In this document: positions 19,252 through 29,230 of the stretch, in pieces
Numbering within the stretch: position 1 is the first letter of the stretch
How the letters are laid out: each line of letters starts with the position of its first letter
Origin: an uncultured Clostridium sp.
GTDB taxonomy: Bacteria > Bacillota > Clostridia > TANB77 > CAG-508
Reading direction: 5' to 3'
Assembly (NCBI GenBank): GCA_947572545.1
Contig: CANPCK010000008.1
Location: 1 to 30,972 of the forward strand
DNA: 30,972 nt
Notes under the pieces: generated by a model
The model's database searches: none
What the model was told of the DNA's origin: nothing
Seen by the model: only the letters and a program-made list of their open reading frames with translations
Translations under genes and position numbers: made by a program

Positions 19252-20373
19252 ATGAAAGAAAGAAAGCTTGGTACTTTTCAAGCAATTGCAATTGCAGTTA
19301 CTGTTATGATTTCTCACATAATATTAAATTTACCAAATCATTTAATAAGTGAAACTGGTCCTGCAACTATTCTAAATCTTATTTATGTATTTATAATTTC
19401 TCTTATTATATTGGGACTTGCTTTAAAAGTATTCAAGCTTTTTCCAAATAACGATATCATAGATATATGTGAATATGCTGCTGGTAAAAAAATAAAAAAT
19501 ATATTCAGTGCGTTAATTAGTATATATCTTCTAATACTTTGTGCATTTGTAATTAGAATTTTTTCAGAAAGTTTAGTACTTATTTATTTTCCAAATATAG
19601 ATTTAGAGATTGTAATATTAATTTTTATAATTATTACTGCTATGCTTAATTTATTTGGTTTTAAAGTAATTGCAAGAACTACAGCTATGATTCTTCCTAT
19701 TATTTTAATTGCCATGGTAGTTATTTTTATATCTTCTGCCTCTAAATTCATGCCTGAAAGAGCTTTACCTATTCTTGGATATGGAGCTTCTAAAACTTTT
19801 TTGACAGGGCTTCGGAAATATTTTTGCATTTAGTAGTAGTCTAATTTTTGGATTAATAGCACCTTTAATTGGTAATCGGTGAAAGATTAAAAAAAGTTCG
19901 GAATTATTTCATTAATTGTTTATGCAATTTATTTAATGCTTGGAATTATTGCCCTTTTATTTTTAATACCATCTATTACAGAAATTAATAATACTTTATC
20001 TATCTATATTTTAGCTAGAAATGTAAGTTTAGGAGATTTCATACAAAGTATTGATGCAATATTTATACTTATTTGGATAATGTCTATATTTAGTTATTTA
20101 GCTATTGTAACACATTTTGTATTAAAGTTTTTCAAGAAAATAACTAATATAAAAAGTGATTCTTCAATGATTTATTGCTTTTCAGCATTTTTATTTATAA
20201 TTGCTATGCTCCCTAAAAATATATCAGATACTACTTTTTTTGAAAGTACCTTTTATAAATATGCATCCATTATATTCGTTTTCTTTGTATGTCCTATAAT
20301 TTTATTATTTGCTTATATAAAGAAAAAACGTGAATTAAAGAAAGGAGAAAATAATCTTGAAAAAACGTCTTAG
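19252..20373 (+). CDS. spore germination protein, GerAB-type permease (B subunit); needs three +1 shifts at CGG 19813, 19877, 19899
   Basis: Polytopic APC-like protein. ORFs 19252..19833 and 19936..20373 are bridged by ..TFLTGL-[C]-GNIFAFSSSLIFGLIAPLIGN-[C]-GERLKKV-[C]-GIISLIVYAIYLMLGII... Span is 1122 nt, which is 3 x 373 + 3. Confidence 0.85.
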
Positions 20374-21593
20374 TGTGCTTATTGTAGCTCTAGTCCTTGT
20401 TTCTTTTACTATAAGTGGCTATTCGGCTAAACAAGATATAAATGATATGGCTTATGTAATTGCTATACGGTGTAGATGTTCGGAGAAACTAGTGATTTAA
20501 AGGTTAGTTTTCAATTTTCTATCCCTTCTAAAAACGGTTCTGGAGGTTCTTCTGGTGGATCTTCCGATTCTTCTGATACTGTTATTGATACAATAGAAGC
20601 GCCTTCAATCGAGTCTGCCATAAGTCTTGCAAATGGTTTTATTAGTAAAAAGCTAAACCTTTCTCATTGTAAAGTTCTAGTGATTTCTGAAGAAGTTGCT
20701 GCTTTTGGAATTTCAGATATTATTTATACTTTAATAAATAATGTAGAAATCAGACCTGATTGTAATGTGATAATTTCTCGTTCTACTGCTTATGCTTTTT
20801 TATCAGATTCTCAATCAAAGCTTGAAAGCATAACTGCAAAATATTATGAAATAATAGCTGCTTCTAGCAAAAATACAGGTTATACTGCTAATCTTACAAT
20901 TTCTGATATTTTCAATAGAATTTCAGATACTTATGGCGAACCTTGTGCAATTCTTCGGGTCTGTTACCTCTTCTAATAATTCTTCTGCTTCTCTTGCTGT
21001 TGATGCAGATACTATTTCTGGAGAAACAACTTCTAATATAGGCAACAATTCACGTTCTTCTACAAATATAGATGTTGTAGGTTTAGCTGTTTTTAAAGGC
21101 GATGCTTTAGTTCGGAGAGCTCACTGCTATAGAAACTATTTGTCATTTAATTGTTACTAACCAATTGGAAGAATGTATTTTTTCTATTCCTAGTCCTTTT
21201 AATGAAGACTTTTCTATTGATTTATTTATAACTCCAGATAGAAGTACAAAAAACAAAGTAAAAATTGTGAATGGCTCTCCATATATTTTTACTGATGTAA
21301 AGTTAAATGCTAGAATACTATCTGCTACTAAAAATTCTAATTATTTTGAAGGTAATAACTTAGAGAGTATTGAAGATTACGCTAATTCATATGTAAAATC
21401 TGAATTAGAAAATTATTTATATAAAACTTCTAAAAACTATAAATCCGATATTGCATTATTTGGGAGATATGCTGTTGGAAACTTTAAAACATGGGATGAA
21501 TGGATGTCCTATGATTGGCTTGACAATTATTCAAATTCATTTTTTAATGTAAAAGTTAATGTAGATGTTATTTCAAGTTATTTAATATCTTAA
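20357..21593 (+). CDS. spore germination protein, Ger(x)C-family (C subunit, lipoprotein family); needs four +1 shifts at CGG 20468, 20481, 20956, 21113
   Basis: TTG start at 20357 (AAAGGAG upstream) overlaps the end of gerB. Signal-like LKKRLSVLIVALVLVSFTISGY... Joins: ..YVIAI-[C]-GVDV-[C]-GETSDLKVSFQF.. ; ..GEPCAIL-[C]-GSVTSS.. ; ..KGDALV-[C]-GELTAIETICHLIVTNQLEECIF... Span is 1237 nt, which is 3 x 411 + 4. Confidence 0.8.
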
Positions 21594-21604
21594 GGAGGAT
21601 TAAT

Positions 21605-21770
21605 ATGGTTATTGTAATTTCAATTTTAAGTATTTTTGCATTTTTTAAAACCATTCGGATATGCAATTTATGAATATAAGGATAATGGAAGTAAATTAAA
21701 TGGAGTTATTTGTACTATTCTTGCTTTTATTGCTCTAATTGGTCCAATTGTAATGGCTATAATAAGATAG
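21605..21770 (+). CDS. small hypothetical membrane protein (54 aa), visible only after a +1 shift at CGG 21656-21658
   Basis: GGAGGA RBS, then ATG at 21605. MVIVISILSIFAFFKTI-[C]-GYAIYEYKDNGSKLNGVICTILAFIALIGPIVMAIIR has two hydrophobic helices. Span is 166 nt, which is 3 x 55 + 1. There is no homology evidence. Confidence 0.35.
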
Positions 21771-21780
21771 AGTTTTTCTA

Positions 21781-21838
21781 AAAGGAATAGCATATATAAT
21801 TTTTCTTACATCTATCGAAAAATATATATGCTATTCCT
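21781..21838. terminator. 17-bp perfect inverted repeat between the convergent ger operon and the pilin-like gene
   Basis: AAGGAATAGCATATATA (21781-21797) / TATATATGCTATTCCTT (21822-21838) with a 24-nt loop, in the convergent intergenic gap. Confidence 0.55.
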
Positions 21839-21868
21839 TATCTTTTTATATCACTTAACATTTTAGCC

Positions 21869-23255
21869 TTATTTCTTTAAAAGTTCTTTGAAAGTTCTTA
21901 ACTCCATTTCAATAATTGGTCTCAAACTAAAAGTACAATTATTGTATGCATCTGCATAATTCCAATTTATAACTCTATATGTGCAAGTTGATGCCCAGTG
22001 TCCTATACGCCTACCATCTGTTTCTTCATTCCATAAAGTACTACGATAATAATTATATCCTGATGACTCATTTTCGTAATTTGGAACCTGACCAACAAAT
22101 CCGATCATACACGCTTGCTAATAGGAAATTATTAGCAACATAACTAGGCCAAGCAGGATCTATTCCTGGAAATGTCATTCTACTTGAAAGATAATATTTC
22201 TCATAGTAATTACCATTACTATCTTTTAATATAAGTTCTTCATAAACTGGATCTTTGAAGTTATTATTTTGTAACTGTTTATACCAACCATTATACATAA
22301 GTTCATAATAACTTTTTGCACTTGCTCTAGCCGTTTCATAGAATTCTGTTTGTTCACTGTTTTTTAATCCTTCTTGCATTACTTTTTTTCCGTCTATGTT
22401 GCTATATGCTTCATATTGCCATATATATGGGAAGTTTAAATTATTTGTATTCTTGCATGTTTCTGTTAGCATATGATATATTCCTGTACCATTAGATGAT
22501 ACTTGCTTTCCATAAGAACTTGTATTTGTATAATAGTCATCTTCTGGTTTCCATACTGTTTTGTCTAATACACTTTCTATATCATCCAAATTTAAGTTTC
22601 TTGCTACACTTCCTAGTTCTTCGTTTCCATAGCACCATGAGCATATATCATTTAATATTTTAACTCCATTATTGTATCCTAACTCTTTACTTAATGTTAA
22701 TTTTGTTGTTGTAGGCTTTTCTGATATTAATTTAACCTTTTCATCATCTATACTCCATACCTTCCATGATAAGTCTTCAGTTACAATTTTTACATCTTTT
22801 GTATCTCCTGTATGTTTTGTTTGTGCTATATATGGCCCCTTTTCTCCTTCTGTTTCTGGACTTTCTACTGCTTTTTGTGGCGTATATTGTATAGTATTTC
22901 CTAATAGTTCTTTTTTCTCTTCTTCTGTAAAACTTTCTTCTTCCTCGCCATTGTCATTATCTGTTTTCTGCCCATTTAATATATTATTTATTTGGTCTAC
23001 TGTACTTCCTATTAAATTTTCCGTTCCTTCTAATATTCTATTTTCATTTACCCCTTCTGCTGCATATTTTTGCGCTCCATCTATTGCATAGTCCACTATT
23101 TTTGTCCTATATACAACAATTATACTTACTGCTGATAATATTACTAAAATTATTATTGTTATTATTAATGCTACTAATGTTATTCCTTTTTCACTATGTT
23201 TAATAGGCTCTTTTGAACTTAGCTTGTTTGTTTTAACTTCTGTTTTATTATTCAT
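21869..23255 (-). CDS. secreted/anchored protein with a pilin-like N-terminal hydrophobic segment; needs a +1 shift at CGG (plus-strand CCG 22101-22103)
   Basis: N-terminus ..HSEKGITLVALIITIIILVILSAVSIIVV resembles a prepilin-type leader/helix but has Ala in place of the usual Glu at +5. ORFs 22068..23255 and 21869..22108 join at ..LLASVYD-[C]-GFVGQVPNYENE... Span is 1387 nt, which is 3 x 462 + 1. Confidence 0.5.
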
Positions 23256-23430
23256 TTTGAAATTTATTCCTCTCTCTCCTAGGGCATAAAGTAAAAATTT
23301 TCATTTATATAAACATTTTTTAATATATCTATTTATATTTTACCATTTTATTGTTACGTTAAAATAACATTATCATGACATTTGTATTGCATTTTGTCTC
23401 AACATTTCATAACTTTTATAAAATTTCTAT

Positions 23431-23480
23431 AACTAAAAAAACGATTATAAAAGTTTTATATCTACTTCTATAACCGTTTT
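23431..23480 (-). terminator. rho-independent terminator of the T4CP-like gene
   Basis: 16-nt arms AAAACGATTATAAAAG (23438-23453) / CTTCTATAACCGTTTT (23465-23480) with 14 of 16 positions paired. A T-run follows on the minus strand (plus-strand A-run 23435-23440), 8 nt after the stop. Confidence 0.55.
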
Positions 23481-23487
23481 CTAAAAT

Positions 23488-25869
23488 TTATTCTTGTTTT
23501 GTATCTCTGTGCATATCATACACAATTGCATCTTCATTGTTAAATAAAAATTTATCATCTAAATTATCTGTTTGAATTGGGTTTACTTCATCATCATCAC
23601 TATATGAGTCAAAGTCTACTCTTCTTGGATCAAATCCAGATCTTCTCTTTGATGTTTCCATCGCACTTTCATTTAGGATTCCACTTTGGAATTTTGCAAA
23701 GTCAAATTTTTTGGACTTATGTGGTTCTTTATATTTCGAAGGCATAAAATCAAGCTTTGCAAGCCCTGTAAATCCTTTACCTTTATCATCTTTATATTTG
23801 AATGCACACCACTTAAATGTAAGTTGGTTTTGAAGTTTTGCAGGTTCAAACCAATTCTTATATGCATATTTAACACCTTTATAGTTGCCATAAGATATAT
23901 CTTTTGCTGTTGAATTTCCTCCAAGGAACTGATTTCCTTTCCCTTCTGCTTTTATATCCATATCTTGAGAATATACCCACATTCTTCTTGCTCCAAATTC
24001 ATCTACCCAAAAGTCTAATTCTTCTGGTGCTATATTTCCTACTACAATTTTTGCTGTACAGTTAGTAATAATTGTTCTTTGTGAAGTATCTGTGGCATTT
24101 AATTGTGCCATATTCTGTGTTGTAATAAATGTACCAACTTTATATTTTCTATATAATGTAATTAATCCAAGTGTTTCTTCACATAAGAAGTCTGGAAACT
24201 CATCAATATATAACATATGTGGTATTCTTGAATTTTCATTTCCTGGTCTTTTTAATACTGAACGTTGCATTGAAAGTAGGAAAAATAATCCAAATGCTTT
24301 TTGTAAAACAGGTCCTAAATCTCCTCTTCTAGTACATACTATAGTAATTTCCCCTTCTGATAATGCTTTATCAAAGTTTATATTGTTTGTTCTGTTGCAA
24401 AGTATATTTTTTACTCCTTGTATTCTAAGCAAAGCATCTAATTGTGTTATAGCTGTGTGCACAAATTTTTCGGTTTCTTTTCTCATTACACCTTCTGGAT
24501 AAAAATGTTTTCTAAAATATCCAAGTTGTAATTTAAGTCTTCTAGCCATCTCTTCATCTTCTTCAACTTTCTGACACATTTTTGCAACTACATCAAAATC
24601 ATTTAGCATATCTAGCATATCTTCAAGATTTGGAAGGTCTCCATTATTTAATCTTGGATACATTTCAGAAAGTAATATGGTTAGATTTTCTACTGCCTGT
24701 GCTGCTGAGTTTTGGAAGTATACTTCCTCTTCAGCTGGTCTTGTAGATTTGTATGTTACTGAAAGTATTGAAGATATTACTGCTGCAATTTCACTTGGTG
24801 CCCCATAAGAAAATGGATTTATTCCAATAGAATTCATATTATTTGGATCTACTACATTTAATTTCAAATTGAAATTTCTTACAACTTCTATCATTCTTTC
24901 TGTTGATTCATAATCTGGTGAAAGCATTGTTATTCCTAAATCTTTATATACTATTTTAGGTCCTTCACAATATATCATTTTATTAAGGTATGCTTTATAT
25001 AGCTTTTCCTTTTCTTGTATTGGCTCTAACATATTTAAACTAAAATTTTCATTCAAATAATCATTTGTATATGGGCAGTTTAATGTTGCAAGTCCTGTCT
25101 TTAATGCCGTAAATCCCATTTCTTTTGCTGCCTCTTTAAAGAAGTATTTTTTCTCTATATCTCTACCCATTATAGGTTCTAATACTAATGACGTTTTTCC
25201 CATTCCAGAAGATCCTGCAATTAGCATTGGTTCTGCTCTTCTATTATCATATAATTTAACTGTTTTACCTGTTTCTTTATCAATAGATATAATATTTTCA
25301 AAACTGTATGCCCCAGATTTAGTTGTTTTCTTTGATAAATCAATTCCATTGTAGTCCCAGATAGATTCTTGTATTAACCTTGTATCTGCAACTCCACAGT
25401 AGCACCACCAAAATACTGAATAGAAAGTTATCATTGGAATGTATAGTGATATTGCTTGAAATGCTGGTTTAATAACACTTGAAAATTCGGTTACTACTTC
25501 TATATAATTTGGCATTGAAAACAAGAATAACCATAACCCTGCATTTAACCATTGTGTAACCATTGAAATACCAATGATATAAAGTGCTATTGCATAAGAA
25601 TAAATTATTGCTAATTTAATTTTTCCTGAATCTGCATATTTTGAACGTCCTGAAAATAAAAATGCACAAACTGGGCATGCAAGTGCTAGTGTATATGCAA
25701 TTGGTCCCCAATATGAAACAGAAATACCTGTAAATATCATAAATAGCATTTCCACTACTCTATCAACTGCTATATAAGCTGTAAGTAATGTAAATATATA
25801 TGTGAAAAATGTATTTCTATCTGTTTTTAAAACCTTTAATAATTTATCAATATATTTCAAAAAGCTCAC
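23488..25869 (-). CDS. type IV coupling protein-like ATPase (TraD/TraG/VirD4/TcpA-like) with a polytopic N-terminal membrane domain
   Basis: 793-aa uninterrupted ORF with a GTG start. About 5 TM helices lie in the first 170 aa. Walker A LIAGSSGMGKTS, Walker B HMLYIDEFPDF, T4CP-like ..VVDPNNMNSIGINPF.. and ..TFITTQNMAQL... It has its own flanking terminators and no in-frame CGG. Confidence 0.65.
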   Translation of the reverse strand: MSFLKYIDKLLKVLKTDRNTFFTYIFTLLTAYIAVDRVVEMLFMIFTGISVSYWGPIAYTLALACPVCAFLFSGRSKYADSGKIKLAIIYSYAIALYIIGISMVTQWLNAGLWLFLFSMPNYIEVVTEFSSVIKPAFQAISLYIPMITFYSVFWWCYCGVADTRLIQESIWDYNGIDLSKKTTKSGAYSFENIISIDKETGKTVKLYDNRRAEPMLIAGSSGMGKTSLVLEPIMGRDIEKKYFFKEAAKEMGFTALKTGLATLNCPYTNDYLNENFSLNMLEPIQEKEKLYKAYLNKMIYCEGPKIVYKDLGITMLSPDYESTERMIEVVRNFNLKLNVVDPNNMNSIGINPFSYGAPSEIAAVISSILSVTYKSTRPAEEEVYFQNSAAQAVENLTILLSEMYPRLNNGDLPNLEDMLDMLNDFDVVAKMCQKVEEDEEMARRLKLQLGYFRKHFYPEGVMRKETEKFVHTAITQLDALLRIQGVKNILCNRTNNINFDKALSEGEITIVCTRRGDLGPVLQKAFGLFFLLSMQRSVLKRPGNENSRIPHMLYIDEFPDFLCEETLGLITLYRKYKVGTFITTQNMAQLNATDTSQRTIITNCTAKIVVGNIAPEELDFWVDEFGARRMWVYSQDMDIKAEGKGNQFLGGNSTAKDISYGNYKGVKYAYKNWFEPAKLQNQLTFKWCAFKYKDDKGKGFTGLAKLDFMPSKYKEPHKSKKFDFAKFQSGILNESAMETSKRRSGFDPRRVDFDSYSDDDEVNPIQTDNLDDKFLFNNEDAIVYDMHRDTKQE

Positions 25870-25935
25870 CGACCTTCTATAATAAAATTACATTTTATTA
25901 CATAATTATACATATATATTATGCCATAAATTCAA

Positions 25936-25965
25936 CAAAAAAGCAAGCCTTTTAGGCTTACTTTA
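25936..25965 (-). terminator. terminator after the replication-relaxation-like gene
   Basis: Minus strand: AAGCC-TAAAA-GGCTT stem, then GCTTTTTT. Located 20-45 nt after the stop at 25984. Confidence 0.45.
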
Positions 25966-25983
25966 TTAAGTTCATCTTATTTC

Positions 25984-26922
25984 CTAATCTAACAACTTCA
26001 ATTCTGCTTCTTCAACTTTATATTTATTTGTTTGTTCATCTAGTTTAAATTCTATTAAAGTTTTTGATAGATTTTCTTTTACTTGTTTCAAGTCTGTTGT
26101 AAAATATAGTTTTATTTTAGTCATTTCTATTCTATTTAATGTAATTTCCTTAAATGACTCTGCTGCATGTCTTTCATCTTCACACACAATTATTAATTGT
26201 GGGATAGTACTAAAACCGCAATCTAGTGTTACAAAGTTATCATAAAAATCCTGATACATTTTCATTTTATCTATAAATTTTTTTTGCCATTCTTCTTCTC
26301 TTCTTACAACTTCAAATAAAAATGTAATTGATCTAGAATTTTTAGTAAGTGTTACTGATCCTCCAGTTGATTTAAATACTTTTCCTAATGTCTTTGCTTG
26401 TAAAGTTGGTTTAACTACATAATTGTCAAATGCTTTAACTTTTCTTAAATATGCAATTATCACTTGATTTCCTGCAAGTCTTTTCTTTATCATCGCAACT
26501 GGTTTTGTATTATCTGATTGTTGCCATTTACATTCGATTCCTCTAGATGTTAAAAGATATTTCCCCATTTTCTCTAGACAATAAATTCTATATATCCCTT
26601 TACCATCTTCTGATGTAAAATAGTATCTAGTTAGGATTTTTGACTTTACAAGTTGGTCTAGCTTATTATTTAATTTGTCCTGCGATTTGTATTCTATTCC
26701 TTTATAATCTAGCATCTGACATAATTGTCTTGATGTTATAAATTCAAATTCATTTACAAGATCAAGTATTGCAAAATGTAAATCATTTATATGTCCTAAA
26801 TTGATTTTGTGTACTATTTGATTCATTGAGACATATCCATCTTTTCCATCAAATGTTTTTATTTCTCCTTTTCTTAAAGCAAATGGCGATTTCTCAGCTT
26901 CGATTTCTTTATCTTCTACCAT
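25984..26922 (-). CDS. replication-relaxation-family-like winged-helix protein
   Basis: 312 aa. The N-terminal segment HFAILDLVNEFEFITSRQLCQMLDY...KLNNKLDQLVKSKILTRYYF...IYRIYCLEKMGKYLL follows the pattern I associate with replication-relaxation (PF13814-type) proteins. This is recognition from memory, not a search. Its RBS GGAGGAAA overlaps the stop of the upstream S1 gene. Confidence 0.45.
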   Translation of the reverse strand: MVEDKEIEAEKSPFALRKGEIKTFDGKDGYVSMNQIVHKINLGHINDLHFAILDLVNEFEFITSRQLCQMLDYKGIEYKSQDKLNNKLDQLVKSKILTRYYFTSEDGKGIYRIYCLEKMGKYLLTSRGIECKWQQSDNTKPVAMIKKRLAGNQVIIAYLRKVKAFDNYVVKPTLQAKTLGKVFKSTGGSVTLTKNSRSITFLFEVVRREEEWQKKFIDKMKMYQDFYDNFVTLDCGFSTIPQLIIVCEDERHAAESFKEITLNRIEMTKIKLYFTTDLKQVKENLSKTLIEFKLDEQTNKYKVEEAELKLLD

Positions 26923-26936
26923 ATTATTTCCTCCTT

Positions 26937-27426
26937 TTATTCATATATTAAAAGTTTAACTTTTTTCTTTTCTGGAATAATCTTCTTTATATATACATTT
27001 ACATCTTGCCCATATTCTATATCATCTTTATATTCTGCAAGTCCTACTAAATTTGGCGTTAATTCTATAAAAATTCCATTTTTTGCTTTTTCAGTCTCTC
27101 TTGCAATTCCTTTAACTACTGTTCCTTGTTTAAATTCTTTTATATTGTCTTCCCAAGTTCCAAGTAGTTCTTTATATGTAAAAGATACTCTATTATTATC
27201 TTTATCTACATCTTTTACCATCACTTTTATATCTTGTCCCATTTGAAATCTTTCAAATGGAGTTTTTATTCTAGATACTGATATATCTTCTATATATAAA
27301 AGTCCACTTATACCGATTCTTTAATTCTATGAAAGCTCCATAAGGTTTTATTTGTTTTACCTTTCCATCTACTATCATTCCTTTTGTTAAATCACTTTCA
27401 GATATATTAAATTTTTGATATTTCAT
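26937..27426 (-). CDS. S1 RNA-binding domain protein; needs a +1 shift at CGG (plus-strand CCG 27313-27315)
   Basis: MKYQKFNISESDLTKGMIVDGKVKQIKPYGAFIELKN-[C]-GISGLLYIEDISVSRIKTPFERFQMGQDIKVMVKDVD.. is a classic S1 fold signature (G.V..I..YGAF..L..G..GL..I). It continues into ORF 26937..27242. Span is 490 nt, which is 3 x 163 + 1. Confidence 0.8.
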
Positions 27427-27457
27427 TATATCTCTCCTTTATCTTTTGTACAAATAT

Positions 27458-27487
27458 ATTATACTACATATCTAATCATTTTTGCAA
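27458..27487 (-). promoter_or_regulatory. candidate sigma-A promoter of the S1-domain / replication-relaxation-like operon
   Basis: Minus strand: TTGCAA (plus 27482-27487), 18 nt spacer, TATAAT (plus 27458-27463), about 30 nt upstream of the ATG at 27426. The adjacent palindrome TTGCATATGCAA could be an operator. Confidence 0.4.
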
Positions 27488-27582
27488 ATTTTTTATTGCA
27501 TATGCAATTTCTAATAATAATTTTTTAGATTAACAAGGTTAAATCCCATTGATTTATAAACTTAAAAGGCCTACTATATATC

Positions 27583-28304
27583 TTAAGAAATTATTTTTTC
27601 TATTTCTTCTTCTTTTAAATATCTCCATTCTCCAATTTTTAATGATTTTACACTAATTTCTCCAATCTTAGTCCTATGTAAAGCTCGTACTTTTTTTCCT
27701 ACTGCTTCACACATTTTTCTAACTTGTCTATTTTTTCCTTCATGTATAGTAATTTCCAGTCTTGATATATTTTGCTCTTTGTCTATCTTTAATATTTTTA
27801 CTTGTGCTGGTCTACTTATATAATTTTCTATTTCTACTCCTTTTCTTAACTTTTCTATTTCTTCTTCTTTTATTTCTCCGAATTAGTGTTACTGTATAAG
27901 TTTTCGTTATTTCATACTTTGGATGTGTTACCTTATATACAAATTCTCCGATCATCTGTTAAAATAAGTGCTCCTGATGTATACATATCAAGCCTTCCAA
28001 CTGGTACTATCCTTTTATTTATTTTTACTAGGTCTAAAACTGTATCTCTTCCAAATTGATCCTTTGCAGTTGTTACATAGCCTATTGGTTTATTTAGCAA
28101 TATATAAGTGTATTTTTCATTTTTATTTTCTATTTTTTTATCTTTAAATGTAATAGTGTCATTTTCTGGATTTATTTTTGTTCCAAGTTCTGTTACAATT
28201 TCTCCATTTACTTTTACTAAACCATTTTGTATATATTCTTCGCATTTTCTCCTTGAAGCTAACCCACAATTTGCTAAATATTTTTGTAGTCGTATTTCTT
28301 CCAT
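27583..28304 (-). CDS. rluB: 23S rRNA pseudouridine synthase, RsuA/RluB family with S4 domain; needs two +1 shifts at CGG (plus-strand CCG 27948-27950 and 27878-27880)
   Basis: S4 domain RLQKYLANCGLASRRKCEEYIQNGLVKVNG and catalytic GRLDMYTSGALILTDD. Then GAT-[C]-GGA restores LILTDDGEFVYKVTHPKYEITKTYTVTLI, and ATT-[C]-GGA continues GEIKEEEIEKLRKGVEIE...HEGKNRQVRKMCEAVG... Span is 722 nt, which is 3 x 240 + 2. Confidence 0.85.
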
Positions 28305-28307
28305 ACA

Positions 28308-29230
28308 TTATCCTCTTTCTTCTAATTTTTTAATAATTTCTTCAAAATATTTAGGCAAAAATGCTTCAATTTTCATTTCTTCTTTTTTAGTTGGGTGAAC
28401 AAATTCTATTTTTTTTGCATGTAACATTTGTCCTTTAACATTAAATGGATTTTTACCATTTGAATATACCATATCTCCTACTACTGGATAACCTATTTCT
28501 GCCATATGTACTCTTATTTGATGTGTCCTTCCTGTATCTATTTTTACTTCAATTAATGTAAATCCATCATATCTTTTTAAAACTTTGAAGTGAGTTATTG
28601 CATCTTTTCCGTTTTTTAGTAACTGCCATTTTTTTCCTGTCTCTTTCAGACCTTCCAATAGGCATATCTATTGTTGCTTCATTTTCCTTGACTTCTCCTC
28701 TAACTAATGCTATATAAGTTTTTTCTACTTTTCTTGATTTTATTTGCTCACTTATATCTATATGTGCTTTGTCATTTTTTGCAATAATTATAACTCCACT
28801 TGTGTCTTTATCCAGTCTATGTACTATTCCGTGGCCTTATTTCTCCTCCTATCCCAGATAAACTTTCTTTACATACATTCATTATTGCATTTACTAAGGT
28901 GCCATCTGGATTTCCATTTGCTGGATGTACTACCATTCCCTTTGGTTTATTTACAACTATTATGTCATTGTCTTCGTAAAGTATTTCTATTGGTATATTT
29001 TCTGCCTTAAGTGATATTTCTTTTGCCTCTGGCTTATTTATATATATTTTATCTCCTCTATTTACTTTATATGATGCTTTTTCTTTTTTTCCATTTACAA
29101 GTATATTTTCTTCGTCAATTAACCTCTGTACTGTAACTCTAGATATTTCTTTATCTAGAATTACAATACATTTATCTAGTCTTGTATTTGCCAAATTTTC
29201 ATCTACATTATATTCTTTATTATTCTTCAT
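28308..29230 (-). CDS. rluD: 23S rRNA pseudouridine synthase RluD (RluA family); needs two +1 shifts at CGG (plus-strand CCG 28829-28831 and 28609-28611)
   Basis: ORF 28817..29230 ends ..[12 protein letters not shown]-[C]-GGA restores [22 protein letters not shown].., which runs to ..[18 protein letters not shown]-[C][14 protein letters not shown].. and into ORF 28308..28658 (GRTHQIRVH). Span is 923 nt, which is 3 x 307 + 2. The ATG overlaps the stop of the upstream membrane-protein gene. Confidence 0.9.
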
